From Massalongia carnosa (taxonomy: Eukaryota), in NCBI GenBank assembly GCA_965645245.1, contig OZ287087.1, positions 744,001 to 808,000 of the forward strand: 64,000 nucleotides of DNA. The letters run 5' to 3'. This document shows positions 1-13,200 of the stretch, piece by piece (position 1 is the first letter of the stretch; every line of letters begins with the position of its first letter). The notes under the pieces were generated by a model that ran no database searches, had not been told where the DNA came from, and saw nothing but the letters and a program-made list of their open reading frames with translations. The position numbers and the translations under genes were made by a program.

Positions 1-1013
1 TGTTTGAAGCTTAACCTCTAACCCTAAGCCTCAATAGAGTGTGTCCAGGCACGCGGGGAACAAAAAAAAACTACCCCAAAATTTAACCGGGCTCAACTCC
101 CCACCAAAACACAAGCAATTTACATACGATTTTGATGGGATAATCATCATTATTATGAATTATAAACATATCGACACTCCTACCAAAGCTAAATTTCAGG
201 GAGCCGTTGAATTTTGCGAAAAGCAAGGCATTTCTTATCACAAAGAGGATGTTTTTCGCATATTTGATGTGGAACGTACGAAGGGCTATGCATACCTGCG
301 TGAAGGAGCCTCATCACACCGTCATCATAATAATTCCGATGTTTCTGAAGCTCGTGGGCGTCACAAAATTGTTACACCCAAATTGATTAGAGAAATGGAA
401 TGGCTATTGGAAGAAGAAGGTATGGAGGCGCGCCCTCTTACATGGGAGCAATTGGGCTTCGAAGTAGGCCTAGACTGCAGTGGCAAAACCATTCAACGAA
501 TAATGGGCACCATGGACTATCACAAATGCATTGCGTGCAGAAAGGGACGGGCGAACGAGAAGACAAGAAAGCCTCGTATGAAGTGGTCAGATGCTATGCT
601 TTCTAGATATCTAAATGCAGAAGACTGGAAACAAGTTCGATTTAGCGACGAAGTGCACTTTGTATGGGGACCTCAGGGCAAACTACGCATCAATACGAAG
701 ATTAGGTGAACGTTATTGTCATGATTGTATTCAAGAAGCAGATGAACCAGACGAGGCCGTCAAGAAGAGACATCATTGTTGGGCTGCTGCAGGTCATGAC
801 TTCAAGTCAGGTATCTACTTTTACAAAGTTCCTGGAAACTTCAATGGAAAGATGAGTCAACGAGTCTATATCGACTCTATATTGGAGCCTACTGTGAAGC
901 CCTGGATTGAAGCAAAACACGATTTCGTCTTAGAAGAAGACGGTGATTCTGGACATGGACTAGGCAAATCAAACATTGTACGCACTTGGAAGCAGAACAA
1001 CGATCTGAAGCAC

Positions 1014-2616
1014 CGAGATGCTTAGGAACAGTCCCTCCCGACCGTCCCCCTGTGTAAATCTTTGCTAGTGAACAGCCATTTCACTGCTCATCCAGGGTGC
1101 GTACAAGCTAGTAATGCAACTGCCAACAGCACGTGTTTATTGCTACTAATAATTACCCTACTCGGTCTGATAAAGCATACCCTCACCCTCACCGTCACCC
1201 TCACTTACCATTTGCCCTTGCCCTTGCTCTAACCCTTTGCCCTCTCTAAATCTCTCTCCTTCCACTTATGCTATACCTCATATTATATAATTTACTACTT
1301 CTCATCGCGATGAAGTTCGATTCCACTTCTTTGGATGCACGAAAGCAACATGCTATTGCCCTTCTATCCTCACCTCACCTTCTTCTTCTGCAAGAGAATG
1401 AGTTATTTTCGTCTTGGAAGGAGGCAAAGACTCGTCTTCAAGACTATGCCTTCATTCAAGGCTTCGCGTTGATCACAGAAACGCACGATAAGAAAAACCA
1501 TTTAGTCGTATTAGACTACACACGCCACCACAAAAGAGTTAGAAACACTAGAAAAGTAAGGGAGGAAGACCGGATGCGAGCCAATATCAAAATTTCGTTC
1601 AATGAGTGCCCTTATCGCCTCCGTCTCAAAAAAAAAAACAAAGACAATGCATGGAGACTAATAGTTACTAACTCCGAGCACAATCATGAAATGGTCACTG
1701 ATCCCTTTGCATTCAGAGAACATCATAGTAGGGACCCTGATCGAACAGATGCCCTAGATCAAGGGAAGAGTCTCCGTGCATCGTCAACCCAATATGGCCA
1801 AGCAGCGAGAATATTAGGAATCCAAGGACTCCGTCTGTCGAGGAGCGATTATTATAATCTCGCTCATTCGGAGGGAGCTCACACGCCTGAAGAAGAGCTT
1901 CTTTTTGCCTTGGGCTCGTTGAAAGACAGGGGCTTTCATGTACGGTGTAAGGAAAAATATCTTGTTAAGAATAATGTGTGTGAGAGACGGGTGATAGAAC
2001 ATTTTTTTTTGCAATGCGGAGCAAATTAGGCTGGCTCGACGTTTTCGTGGTGGGTTTCTATTAGAAACGGATGCAACGTTCAATACTAATAAATTGAACT
2101 TGCCTTTATCCGTTTTGGTTGGAATCACTAACACCGACCTTTCGTTTCCCGTCACTTATTGCTATATAACTTAATCCTACCTCAGGCAGCGCCGCCTCCA
2201 TCTCTTTATAGTCTTAGCCAAAACGTGCGCGTCAGTCAAATTCTCTCTACTTCCTCTGCAACAACGCGATGGTCTCGGGGTGTGGCGAAGAAATCAAAGG
2301 CTCAGTTGGAGTTGAGATCTCAGCAAAAAGTCGAGAAATCAGTCAAACAGGCTAGGGCTCAAGCGAGAAAGGAAACGGCGATGAGAAAGGTGGCTAAAAC
2401 CATGAAGCTTAGAAAAGATGATGTATCGCAATTGGCTGACGAGTTTTTGGAGTTGAAGTCATCGCAATAGGTAGATTTGTAGATGTTGAATACACTTAGT
2501 CAGTAACAGCAACATTATTAATACGTAGTGTAACTGGATGAGCAGTGAAATGGCTGTTTACTAGCAAAGATTTACACAGGGGGACGCTCGGGGGGGGACT
2601 GTCCCTAAGCATCTCG
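1014..2616 (+). mobile_element. Mutator-like element, internally deleted
   Basis: ~80-bp TIRs (cgagatgcttagg... / ...cctaagcatctcg); perfect 9-bp TSD ctgaagcac at 1005-1013 and 2617-2625. Confidence 0.92.
1268..2470 (+). pseudogene. MULE transposase remnant
   Basis: FAR1/WRKY-like CPYRL...HNHE region; start of the MULE domain (LETDATFNTNKLNLPL) after a frameshift near 2030, then a deletion. Confidence 0.75.
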
Positions 2617-3339
2617 CTGAAGCACTATTTCAACTGTCCATGTTCACCTGATTTGGCCCCCATAGAAAATTGCTGGTAGGCCCCGAAGTAATATTTAAAA
2701 AAATATCCTCATTGGGATGAAAGTACGACCAAGGGGCAAATTTATGAGGGGTGGGCGAACGTTTCTCAGGCATTTATCAATGAACGGGTGTCTACTATGC
2801 CAGATAGATTGAGAGCCGTTTTGCATGGTGAGGGTAAAATGACTAGTTATTGAATAAATTGAATGAATTGGATGACTGATTGTTGAAATGGTGATTATCC
2901 CATCAAAATTGTATTGCTTGTATTTTGGTGGGGGGTTGAATCCGGTTAAATTTTGGTGTAGTTTTTTTTTTGTACCCCGCGTGGTTGTGTATCGGATAAA
3001 CGAAGAACCGTATCCGGCAAAACTGACATTTGATCGAATGGTTCATTTTCCCCGCAATAGGCCTTCTGATCCATCTTTGTACCGCTTATCTTATCAATTA
3101 AAATTTGGAATATCAAGTATCGTATCTCCAGCCATCTTCAGCCGTCTTCAATCCAACTATGGATGTAAGCCATCTCTAGCTAGATTACCCGTGGCTAACG
3201 CACAGTAAAAAATTCAGGCCTTCAGCCTTCAGCCTACACCTATTTGAATTCCATCCAACGCTCAATTCTCGCGCTTCGAAGACCTTTCGGTTGAGACCTA
3301 CCGCTTTCCGTAGTATTCCCCCCATATCCGCTATGTGCA

Positions 3340-4275
3340 ATGACGTTAAAGGTGTTCTTTTCTCTAATTGTATTGCGATTTAGGACTCCATTTTCGATCA
3401 AAACCGCTAACCACCATTGTCTGGCAATGAAGATGGAACAGGCTGTCAGAACACGAAGTGGAAGCCAGGATATGAAACCAGTGCCCATTTGTCAGCTTGG
3501 TTTGAATAAAGTCGCGAGCGAAGTCGACACGTATCAGCTATATTTTGAGGAGATAAAAAGGTCAAATCCAGCTTGGATTATTTTAGACTCCCCTAGACGC
3601 AAAATCTTTCGAATGTACAATTCTGTTGTCAAATTTGGGGCTGGTGTAGATGTTCGAGAAGCTCAAACACTGCAATTCATCAGAGAATCAACAACAATTC
3701 CAGTTCCTGCTGTCACCAGTGCTCGGTCAAATACGATAGTGATGAATTATGTTGATGGCTGCAATCTTCAAGACTGTTGGACGCAACTGTCGTATGAAGA
3801 AAAGCAAGGCATTGCCAAGCAGATGTGCGACATTATTCAACAATTACGGGGGCTTGAAGGCAACTACATTGGTGCAGTGAATAGAGGGCCTGCCGTGGAC
3901 ACGCGAAAGTCTACTTACATCGGTGGCCCATTTGACTCGGAAAAAGATTTTAATGAGTTTCTTCTAAGCAACATGATCTCCTCCACTCCGTCATTATATG
4001 TTACGGCGATACAGCAAAAAATGAGGAGAGATCATGAACTTGTTTTCAGTCATGGGGATTTAAGTTTGCACAACATTATTGTGAAAAATGGGATCATCGT
4101 GGCTCTTCTGGACTGGGAATATGCTGGATGGTACCCGGAATATTGGGAATATGTCAAATTCTGTGCTGCTTCATGCCACGAACCAGAATGGCATAACTTT
4201 GGCCCAACCATTTTCCCAATCACTTATCACGATCAATTGATCAATGATCAATTTTATGCTCTGTTCGTTTTTTAA
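3340..4275 (+). CDS. APH/choline-kinase-like phosphotransferase
   Basis: Intact ORF with VVKFG, EAQTL...IPVP, HGDLSLHNIIV and LLDWEYAGWYPEYWEY; the true start may be a downstream Met. Confidence 0.9.
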   Translation: MTLKVFFSLIVLRFRTPFSIKTANHHCLAMKMEQAVRTRSGSQDMKPVPICQLGLNKVASEVDTYQLYFEEIKRSNPAWIILDSPRRKIFRMYNSVVKFGAGVDVREAQTLQFIRESTTIPVPAVTSARSNTIVMNYVDGCNLQDCWTQLSYEEKQGIAKQMCDIIQQLRGLEGNYIGAVNRGPAVDTRKSTYIGGPFDSEKDFNEFLLSNMISSTPSLYVTAIQQKMRRDHELVFSHGDLSLHNIIVKNGIIVALLDWEYAGWYPEYWEYVKFCAASCHEPEWHNFGPTIFPITYHDQLINDQFYALFVF

Positions 4276-4362
4276 AGAAGCTAGTGATGAGATGCTTGAA
4301 CTATTTCCTTATCAACAAGAGTCAGATGTCTTTGAATTGAAAACGTACTCCGTATAAAATCA

Positions 4363-4779
4363 TTACGAGTCGTCCGGCGCTTCGACGATAACTTCGGCCA
4401 TAGCATCGATTGCTTTGGAATGTGCATCACTAGTGATCCATTGCCGATCACTGAGCTTTTTCAATGCATCATCAATCCAATTTTGGCAATTCCAGGAGCA
4501 GTCTGAGTTATTGACTGGGGTTGATATGATTGTCGATTCAATGCCTACCTTTTCATGTTTTTGGATTTCTCCTACCAGTATCTTCTGAACGAATTTTTTA
4601 CTCTTCGATGGGTCTTCGTCTGACTTGACTTCAGCTTGGAAGAAGCCGCTTGCCCCGGTGACATGCAACAGCAGTGTGGTGGTATCGGGGAATTCGAGGA
4701 AAAGAGCAGTGTGTCTGTATTTAGAGGCATCGATGGGGCTTCCTTTGTAAACAATAATACTGAGAGAAGCAGTCATCAT
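4363..4779 (-). CDS. Small permuted papain/NlpC-P60-like protein (DUF6540-like)
   Basis: Intact 138-aa ORF from ATG 4779; His motifs RHTAL and LHVTG precede WNCQNW. Confidence 0.65.
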   Translation of the reverse strand: MMTASLSIIVYKGSPIDASKYRHTALFLEFPDTTTLLLHVTGASGFFQAEVKSDEDPSKSKKFVQKILVGEIQKHEKVGIESTIISTPVNNSDCSWNCQNWIDDALKKLSDRQWITSDAHSKAIDAMAEVIVEAPDDS

Positions 4780-5226
4780 TGAAGGAATTGCTGGATAAAG
4801 TGAAGTGAAAATCAACAAGAGATTGTGAGAATCTAGTTACTTTATAACTGTATGTCCTTGTCAAATGCACCGTAAAGCTGTTGCCTAATACTGAATCTAA
4901 AGGCAGAGTCTTGGTTGGCGCTAATATGTAGGATCACAAATTATGCAGAAGTGAAAGTTATTTTAACTCGTTCACTTCAGTACAAGTTCTAAGAAGCGAG
5001 ATCAATAATCAGATAATAGGCAACGCTTTATCACTAGAAGTCCGATATACTTGCCGTTATTGGATACACCACTTAGATCAAAGTAGAGGCTGTATCCGTG
5101 CCGGAGATTTAGTTCACGCTTTTCTATAAAAGTACTTCCTTTACTGGCTAGAAGCTATGAGTCTTATGAAGGAGGCATCCGAGAGCATTCGTAAAATTAA
5201 GTAGCCTGCAACCACTTTCAGATGTA

Positions 5227-6562
5227 CAGTACTAGGTCAAAAGTTTCCGACAGCCCCACCATCAACTTTTCACCTCCCCACTGCTTTTAATTATCAACTA
5301 TCAAGTTGTTATTTTGATGTCTTGAAACTTCGTACGATGATTACATACATTATAGCAAGCACATTGGGCTGAGAAATATATTTTTAATATTTCGTATACC
5401 ATCCTTTTGACTGGATGCAAGCTTCAATCCTCCTTTCCATGCTGTCTACTAAACTCTTCAGCATTTCCTTATCTATCAAGGCCCATGCTTCTTCCAAAGC
5501 TTTCCAAAGTACCTCGCGGACCCTATCATTACCACCAGTCACCGAGTCGATGTCCGGATTGACCTGGTAGACGAGCTTTTTGAGCACGTACCAAACGTGC
5601 TCGATGGGATTCAAATCAGGAGAATAAGGGGGCCAATCGATGACTGTTATACCGTTTTCATCGAACCATTTCTTCACCTTTTTGGCAGTGTGAATGAGGG
5701 CATTATCCTGCATGAAAATGAGACCTGTTTCCCAAATTCTAAGCAGATTATCGTTCAATAATTCCAAATATGAATTCGCGGAGTACCCCATCTTCTTTGC
5801 CTCGAAATCGCGGGCCAATTTGTAAAGATCCGACCTCCCCCCCCCCAAAAAGCCCCCCATAACATGACCTTGACCTCTTTTCCTTTGCCGTACGGTTGTA
5901 TCATAGGTTTTTCCATTTTTCGTCCGGAAACCTGAACACCCATTGACGCTGTTTTCCCGACCCCTTTTCCACCGAGCACTCGTCTGACCATATTATTTTG
6001 ACCACTGCTCAAAAGTCCACTCACGCCGAAGAAAGCACCAGTCCAGTCTCTTCTTTGCCACCTCGGGCGTCAATAAAGGTCGCTTTTTAGCCAGCCAGTT
6101 TGTTAGACCATAGTCTTTGAGCGTCCGAATAGAGAGTGGATCGACTACATTGCACCTCAACCTCCGTACGCAGCTGCGCGTAGGTGATGCGTGGATTGAT
6201 TCGTGCAAGTTTGATGATACGTCTTCGATCGCGGTTCGAAAATATTCCAGGCCAACCCGATCGCGATTTGGACTTTTCGTTGTTGCGTTCTGGGTGCTTT
6301 TGAAGAGTGTAAATGACGGTGGTTCGAGGCACATTTAATGTCTTTGCAATTTCGGCCGGTGCATGCCCCAACGCCTGGGCTCCAATAATCATACCTTTTT
6401 GACATTGATTCAATTCGGTATTACAAGGCTTATTACCAGAAATTGAAGTCAACGGAGTGCGTGGCATGGTGAAATGATGAGGTCAAAGTTGATGGGTTGG
6501 TAGGTTAAAACGCGAAATCACGAAAATCGAGGGTAGAGTCGGAAACTTTTGACACGGGACTG
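5227..6562 (-). mobile_element. Tc1-like transposon (DD34E), frameshifted copy
   Basis: TA flanks at 5225-5226 and 6563-6564; TIRs cagt.....gtcaaaagtttccgac; homologous to 21727-23072. Confidence 0.92.
5384..6467 (-). pseudogene. Tc1 transposase split over several frames
   Basis: Pieces match the intact 361-aa copy: MQDNA, WPPYSPDLNPIE, GWYTKY. Confidence 0.9.
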
Positions 6563-7274
6563 TAAGGTATTTTTAGGCTTGCGATATTCTTTCCCCCTTC
6601 CTCCGAAAAAGAGCCTCGGGAATTTTCCCGTTGATCGCAGCATATCTTGCGATAATTGTGTCCTTTTTCCCCCCACCGCGCGCAGCTGCCTTTCCGCTCC
6701 CCTCCGCGCATGCGTTCTCGGCGGGGGCACCCCGCCGGGGAAAGATCATCATCTCATTAGTCCCCCGCCCGCAAAATCCGAGGGTTTGCCCCATCATCCT
6801 GCTTACATGACTACGGCAGCTACTTGGTAATGCTTACCGAGTTGGTGGCGGTATAGCTTGCAATGCTTGCCCAAAAAGATAGCTGGGATAGTCGGTGCGG
6901 AATCCCCCTTCCCCCCCCCCCTAATTATTCAATAGTTCGCTCATGCTGCATGCTGATGAGAACAGTAGAAAAGAGGCGGTATGCCGCGCGCTCCTGCTCT
7001 CAGCGAGTACAGAGGATGAAAATCGGCAGGCGGCCGAGAAATTGGTACTGGACGTCGCCATCGATGTTTGGGCTTTTCGACGGTCACTCTCTCAGCTCGG
7101 GAAGTGCCACACCAACACAGCAGACAGCTCTCCAGGTGGAGTTAGCGATGACGATGGCTCTACCACTATTCTTTTAGGCGCTCTTTGGGACACGGAGAAT
7201 TTTTCAAATTATGATGGTAATATTGGGTGCCTGTTTGGGATCTTAGCGTTTCTTGCGTATTCAGGCACGGCCTC

Positions 7275-9353
7275 TTAATCCACTTCGCTACCTGAGCTCA
7301 AATCATTGCCAGAAGGGCCAATAGAACTGCATTGGATGGAAATTATTTGCTGTTTCCAACGAATATAGAATTTCGTTCGAGGGTCATTTCTGACTTTTTT
7401 AACCTCTTCCTCAGCATCTTGTCGAATGTTCTTCAGAGATATCAAGTTTTCACTTTTGCCCCTAAGCCTTGACTGCTCTGCAAGACTCAGCAATCCAACA
7501 CGCACCCACGATGTAGCGTACGTCATACCATTAAGGTTTTGTGGAACGCTAAATGATACAACGGCGTACAATTCGTGAAATTCGACAGTGAAGGACTTTT
7601 AATTTCCTACTAGTCGTCCCCATATATGCTTGCCACAACTCAATTTTTCGTACTGCGGGAATTCTGTTGAATTTCGAATTGGAGTCAATGGAGATGTTGG
7701 AACTAGAATAGTAGAAGAGGATGACGGTGAGTTAGATGGCTTCTATATTTCAAAACAGGCTATCAGTAACTATGTTGAGGGCTTATAAGTTGACAGATCA
7801 AGGCTGACTTACAGATGGGTTAGGATCTAGCTTTGAACCTGCTATGGAAGAGACAAGGCCATATTGTGCTAGAGATGTGCCGACACAAGGGTCACTATCC
7901 ATAACAGAACTCGACCACTGGGCAGATAAGCCGACAGCGCTCTCGAATGGATCAGGCAGGCGCTTAATACTCTTCAAGGCCAATCCAATTTCCGAATCTA
8001 GGATCGTACTAAATTGCTCTATAGTATTTCTCAGAGGGCGAACCCGGTCTGAGGGAATATTATCTAGCCAATCGGGCAAGATCCATCTCTCGTTGAACTT
8101 TCCAAAAGTTCTTGGTGTTTGGAATTCACCTTGAACTCTGATAAAAAGATCGCACAAGTAACAGGCACTCTTACTGGCACATATCACCCTCGGTCTTGCA
8201 TTCTCTGGATGTGTTGCGTAGAAAAACAGAAGCTTGATTTCGGCATGCACTTTGATACCAGACCTGGGATTGTTTAGGCGGCGAAGAATGGTAGCATCGG
8301 CGAAATGATCCGAGTCGCGATACCGTCCTAATAATTTGGAAGTGTCTGGCGAATTGAGCAGATGGTTGATCAGAGGGAGTGCAGATCCCGGCTCAGATTG
8401 TTTTTTGATGTTATCTGGAACACCGGTCTGAAATCCCTCCACACGAATTCTTTGGAAAATTTGACATCTCCAACGTCTTGCTGCCAACACAAGCTCTGAG
8501 CTCGCCTTAAAAAATTGGCCAAGCTTGGTTATTGCATCTTCAAGAGAGGCTAGTTGCTTAGAGTCAAGTTTTGAGGACGTTCTTAGCGCAACAGTGAAGT
8601 CAGGCGACTGGATCAAATTATGAGCTAGTGTAACTATTTGCTCCGTTAACTCAGAAGCCGCAGGATTCCGCCGAGGCAATGGTGAGCTTTTTAATTGCTG
8701 GAAGAGCTCCAGTAGAGCCTTGGACTTTGCTTGGAGAGCTTCTGTCTTTTGACTTTCAACGCCCAAAATGAAACTGTCATGGAGGACTCGATATAGTAGC
8801 GTGATGTGGGATGCTACAATATCGTATCTCGTCCCCAATTCAGGCACTTGAAAATACAGGGAAAGTCTCCTATGACGACCAGCTGAAGCAACATTGTTAT
8901 ATCTTTTGCCTCTGATTGCTCTATTAAAGATTAATTATACGTATACATCGACAGACTGCACCCTACCCTGTCGTGAAGCCTGCTCCAGTATTCTACTTAT
9001 CTGTACTAATCATTCCTTGGTGTGCGATATATCCTTATCACCGCCGTTAACAGCCATGCGAATGACCATTCCTTGCCCATCGTGATCCTCTTCGATGCCT
9101 ATTGCGACCACCCTCTTAGAGTTCTTAGAGCGAGAGGAGAGGAACGCCAAGTTGCTAATGATCTCTCGCTCTTGCTCGATGGTCAGGCTAGATCTCCAAC
9201 CCGATGGTGAGACTAACATATACTGCTTGGGACGATCCCGGACGGACTCCAGCATGGCGAGAAGACTGATCTTCTGTAGCAAATGTTCTCTAGTTAACAC
9301 TACTACCCCACATTCTGATGGGGATATACTTTGCTTTGATCAAGTCCTCGCAT
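7275..9353 (-). pseudogene. OTT_1508-like nucleic-acid deaminase, multi-exon, disrupted
   Basis: VHAEIKLL...ASKSACYLCDLF Zn-deaminase motifs; N-terminal LAFLS...VVAIGIEE; probable introns near 8965 and 7812; in-frame stops near 9010 and 7600 plus apparent frameshifts. Confidence 0.8.
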
Positions 9354-9439
9354 TGTCACGATCAAATGTAGAGGTTTACCCCACATTTTGTGGCTTGCGG
9401 CGTTAGCCTTCAATTCCCATCTCAACCCACGACTACTGT

Positions 9440-10211
9440 ATAGTATTTTGCTGAAGACAGTGAGCTGGACTCGGTTGTCCTTCAAAAAGTCTTTCCGCTT
9501 GTATGGCTGGGATTTTTTTAGACATGGGAGTTCCTCCTTGCACTTTAGCACAACGCCCCACGGCAGCCGATTACGAGCAGTCCCCATCTCCACTCCTGCT
9601 AGAAAGACACCATCCACGGCAATACCTTTGTGGCGACCAGCCTTAGTACTGGTCAAGACTTTCAGCTCGTCTCGTATATCGGCCAGCATATCCTCACCAA
9701 GAAGTCGGAACTGATTATCAAGGTGGATGCCGTGGCGGGAGGATAAAATTTTCGGGTCATCGATAAAATCGGCAGTTCGGAAGAAAGGACGGTCCTTTGA
9801 TAGAAGCTCATCCGCTGTAGGCATGATCGAAATCTCTCTGTGATCCACATGATCGTTGTCATGCCTGCCCCCAGGTTTCGCTTCTGCATCATTATAGAGT
9901 CCTGATGCATCCAAGGGTAAGGCATGTTCGATCTTCTAACCCAGAATCCGAGTTTCTCCGTTAGGGGATTTTAAGATTGCGTTCAGGATGTTCGAAGAAT
10001 GTGCTACCGCCAGGTAAGGTGATGATGATTTGCCAGGCAAGGAGACAAGCTGTAGCAGCAGCCATGCGAAGGCCTGAGAAGCGCCTTGATTCAAGAGACC
10101 GTCTGTGAATGACTTTGTGAGAGCTTCCCAGAAGAACGGCGGTTCCACCATGCTGAATAGCAGCTGTGCAAGAACTGTCAGATGGTAAGGACTACCATCA
10201 TGGGCATTCAT
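9440..10211 (-). pseudogene. N-terminal fragment of a fungal ZNFX1/NFX1-type helicase-like gene
   Basis: PGGRHDNDH...ISIMPTADEL...HLDNQFRLL.EDML motif; stop at 9936; truncated at both ends, no P-loop present. Confidence 0.7.
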
Positions 10212-10214
10212 CTA

Positions 10215-13200
10215 GTGCTTATCTTCGGCGACTCTACTGAGGTGACCTCCGGGGACCGAGATTCAGTGGACCGGCTTGCTCCTTATGAAAAGGGTCACCG
10301 AAAGATCTCCAATGTGACTGCTATATAATGAAGTAGATAGCTCACATATAATCCACACCTTCAATGACAATCATGCTATTATACCTACAAAATGAATCAA
10401 TATTTCAAAGGTTATGAGCCCGGCTTACCTCTGCTACGTCTGAAAAGCCTCCACATTGATTGTCAACCAACTTACCTCCTTCCCTCCATCTACTCCATTC
10501 TATACTATATATATTCCCTACCTCCGTCCGCGCCAAAGTCAAAGCATCAGTCCATTCCACAGGGTCACTGCCATATTCCTTCATTTCGTCTTCCTTGTAG
10601 CGTCATGGCTAAAGGGGAGAGCCTATGCACGTTCCCCAAACTGATGGGGAGCGGGAACTATAAGAAATGGTCCAGAGACATGGCCTTCGCCCTGCAGGAA
10701 GCGGAACTTTGGAGTTATGTTACTGGGGCCCGGAAAATGCCTCGAGAGATTCCCTTTCCATCAAAGAGTTCTGATGATGACGAAGTCTCTCTGGAAGAAA
10801 CACCGGACCAGCTCGATAAGCGGGATCAACGGGACCTTGAACGACTGGAGTCGAGGAAAGCAAAGAAGAGTAGTAGGAAAGATAGGCAAGATGTGCACGG
10901 ACGACGTGCAGCAAGAATACTTGTCGATGAGGGACCCAGCCAACGGTGAGATCTGGAATCCCAAGGACCTTTGGGAGCATTTGAAGACCCGTTATACCTT
11001 GAAGAATTGGAGTGCTAAATGGAGCACCTTCAACCGGCTAGAGGAGATCAATTATGAAAAGTGCAAGACCATTGAGGAGTACGGTAGCCTGGTCAGAGAT
11101 ATCAAAGGCTGAAATCACCGACATTTCCCTCTCTGTCGAGCAAATAGTGGTGCTAAGCTTCTCAACGAACTCGGTAGTTCATTCAGCACCTACTGACCAT
11201 CCTGAACGAACAGGCTCGGCGGGAAGATAAATTCCCTGCGCTGAATGGACTACTGAAGAACCTGGAGGACGAAGAAGCTCGTATGCGCCAGGACCCTGTT
11301 GTCATAGCTAACAGGCTGAAGGCAAAGAAGAATAAGAATCCCACCGAAGAGGGTAAGAGCAAATGTAAATATTGTGGTTATAATCACTTTGGGAAATGCA
11401 GGCATAGCAACGCCACATGTAGGAAATGTGGTAAGACCGGCCACCTGGAACGCGTTTGCGAAGACAAAGGAGGTAATGAAACCTCGAAGCCCCAAATAGT
11501 TTGTACAGTAAGGGAATTTTCCGGGAAAAGAACCCAGGAAACACCGCTTATTTGTATGGCAAATCTGTACCAAGGCCCCAAGAATGCCCACGATCTATTA
11601 ATCGACTCCGGTGCCGCCGCGCACATTATATGCAATAAAGATCTCTTTCAAGAAGTGACTTTTCGGAGCGAAAATAGCTGTTTAGAAACTAGTTCCGGAG
11701 AGGTGTTATCGACAGAGGGAAAAGGCTCTCTGCTCGTACCACTGGACAATGGAAATAGAGGTGCAACGAACCTCATTTTGACCAACGCCCCCGACCTAAA
11801 ATTCAACCTCATTAGCACAATACAACTCGGCAAAAAGGGCATATCTACGTACCTGATGGCGGATGACAAGCCCGCTCAACTGGTGCATAAAGGAAAGGTG
11901 GTTGGACTAGCCAAAACAATCAATAATCAATATTTTTTGCAGACAACCACTATGTATCAGTCCTATCGAAGCACGGGCCCTCACCACCACAAACGGTGCA
12001 AAGGCCCCTATCCAAACATGGCACGAACGACTCGGCCATCTCAGCTACCCAAACCTCCTAAAACTAAATCATTTAGCCAATGGAGTCACCATCGAAGGAC
12101 ACATACCAGAAGAAGTATGTGGCTCATGCATGATGGGAAGACAACAGCGAAAAATAAATCGCACTCCACGAACCCGAGCAACAGAATTTCTCGGAATAGT
12201 GCATAGCGACTTAGGGGGACCATTTCCACTGACAAGGTTCGGTGAGCGTTTTTATGCTACGATGAAAGACGACTTCTCCGGGGTAGTGTGGATCTACCTA
12301 CTGAAAACATAGGGTCAAACCTTCGAATGTTTCAAGCAGTTCAAGAAATGGATAGAAAATCAATCGGGAAAGAAAATAAAGAGACTCCGAGCTGATGGAG
12401 GAGGGGAGTACATCAGTGGTGACTTCCAGGAATTCCTAAAGAGTGAAGGCATCCAGTGGGAGGCCCGGGCACCAAAAGTGCCAGAAGAGAATGGGAAGGC
12501 CGAAAGGCAAAATTATACCCTCATGATTCCCACTCGGTCCATGATGAAGGCTAAAAAGCTCCCAAAGTCCCTTTGGGGGGAGGTCCTGAAGACGGCCAGG
12601 TACATCAAGAATAGAAGTCCCGGGGTTGACGAGGTCACTCCATATGAACGCATGAATAATGCGAAACCCTTCCTCGGCCACATGAGAACGGTCGGGGCTA
12701 GGACGTGGGCACATACCCCAAAAGAGAAGCGCAAGAAGCTGGACGATCGGTCCTGGCAGGGGATATTTGTTGGGTATGAAGGAAACAATCAGTATCGAAT
12801 TTACGATCCTCTCACTGGAAAAGTCCATGTTTGTCGCGATATCACCGTCGACGAAGGCAATATATATGATTCCAAGGACAAAAAGGCCTGGGACCTAGCC
12901 GACATTCCATGGGAGGGAGACGATGATGCTTTGTTTGATGACCCAGATAATTTGGTTGATGAAAACAAAAGTCATAATCCGCCATCTTCGTTGTCTCCGA
13001 AAACTCCGAGCTCTGAAATATCGAGAAGTTCGGAATTTCAAAATGAAACGGCCCCAACAGCACCACGGATAGTGCTACATCTAATGGGAGTAAATGCTTC
13101 GGGGGGAGGCCGAGAAGAGGAGAATGGGGGGGAGAGTGACTCCGATGAAGTGGAGGATATTCCTCGCCAGCCCATCGAACCTCGAAGATCTGGACGAATA

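Larger units (their letters stand above)
155..2853 (+). pseudogene. Tc1-like transposase, frameshifted and split
   Basis: Motifs RFSDEVHF and LEEDGDSGHG; after removing the MULE the frame continues NDLKH|YFNCPCSPDLAPIENCW*, giving 37 residues between the second D and E. Confidence 0.88.
50..2983 (+). mobile_element. Tc1/IS630-like DNA transposon (DD37E), interrupted by a MULE
   Basis: ~100-bp imperfect TIRs: cacgcggggaacaaaaaaaaactacc at 50 and its near reverse complement ending at 2983. No TA or other TSD visible. Confidence 0.9.

Noticed and set aside
11..30. Telomere-like taaccc
   Set aside because: Only one exact unit with degenerate neighbours.
50..70. Transib/RAG signal-like CAC...acaaaaa terminus
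   Set aside because: The encoded protein has Tc1-type motifs, not a RAG1-like core, and there is no 12/23 spacing.
6505..7278. Several overlapping short ORFs in GC-rich sequence
   Set aside because: No recognisable motif or convincing TIR pair; left unassigned.
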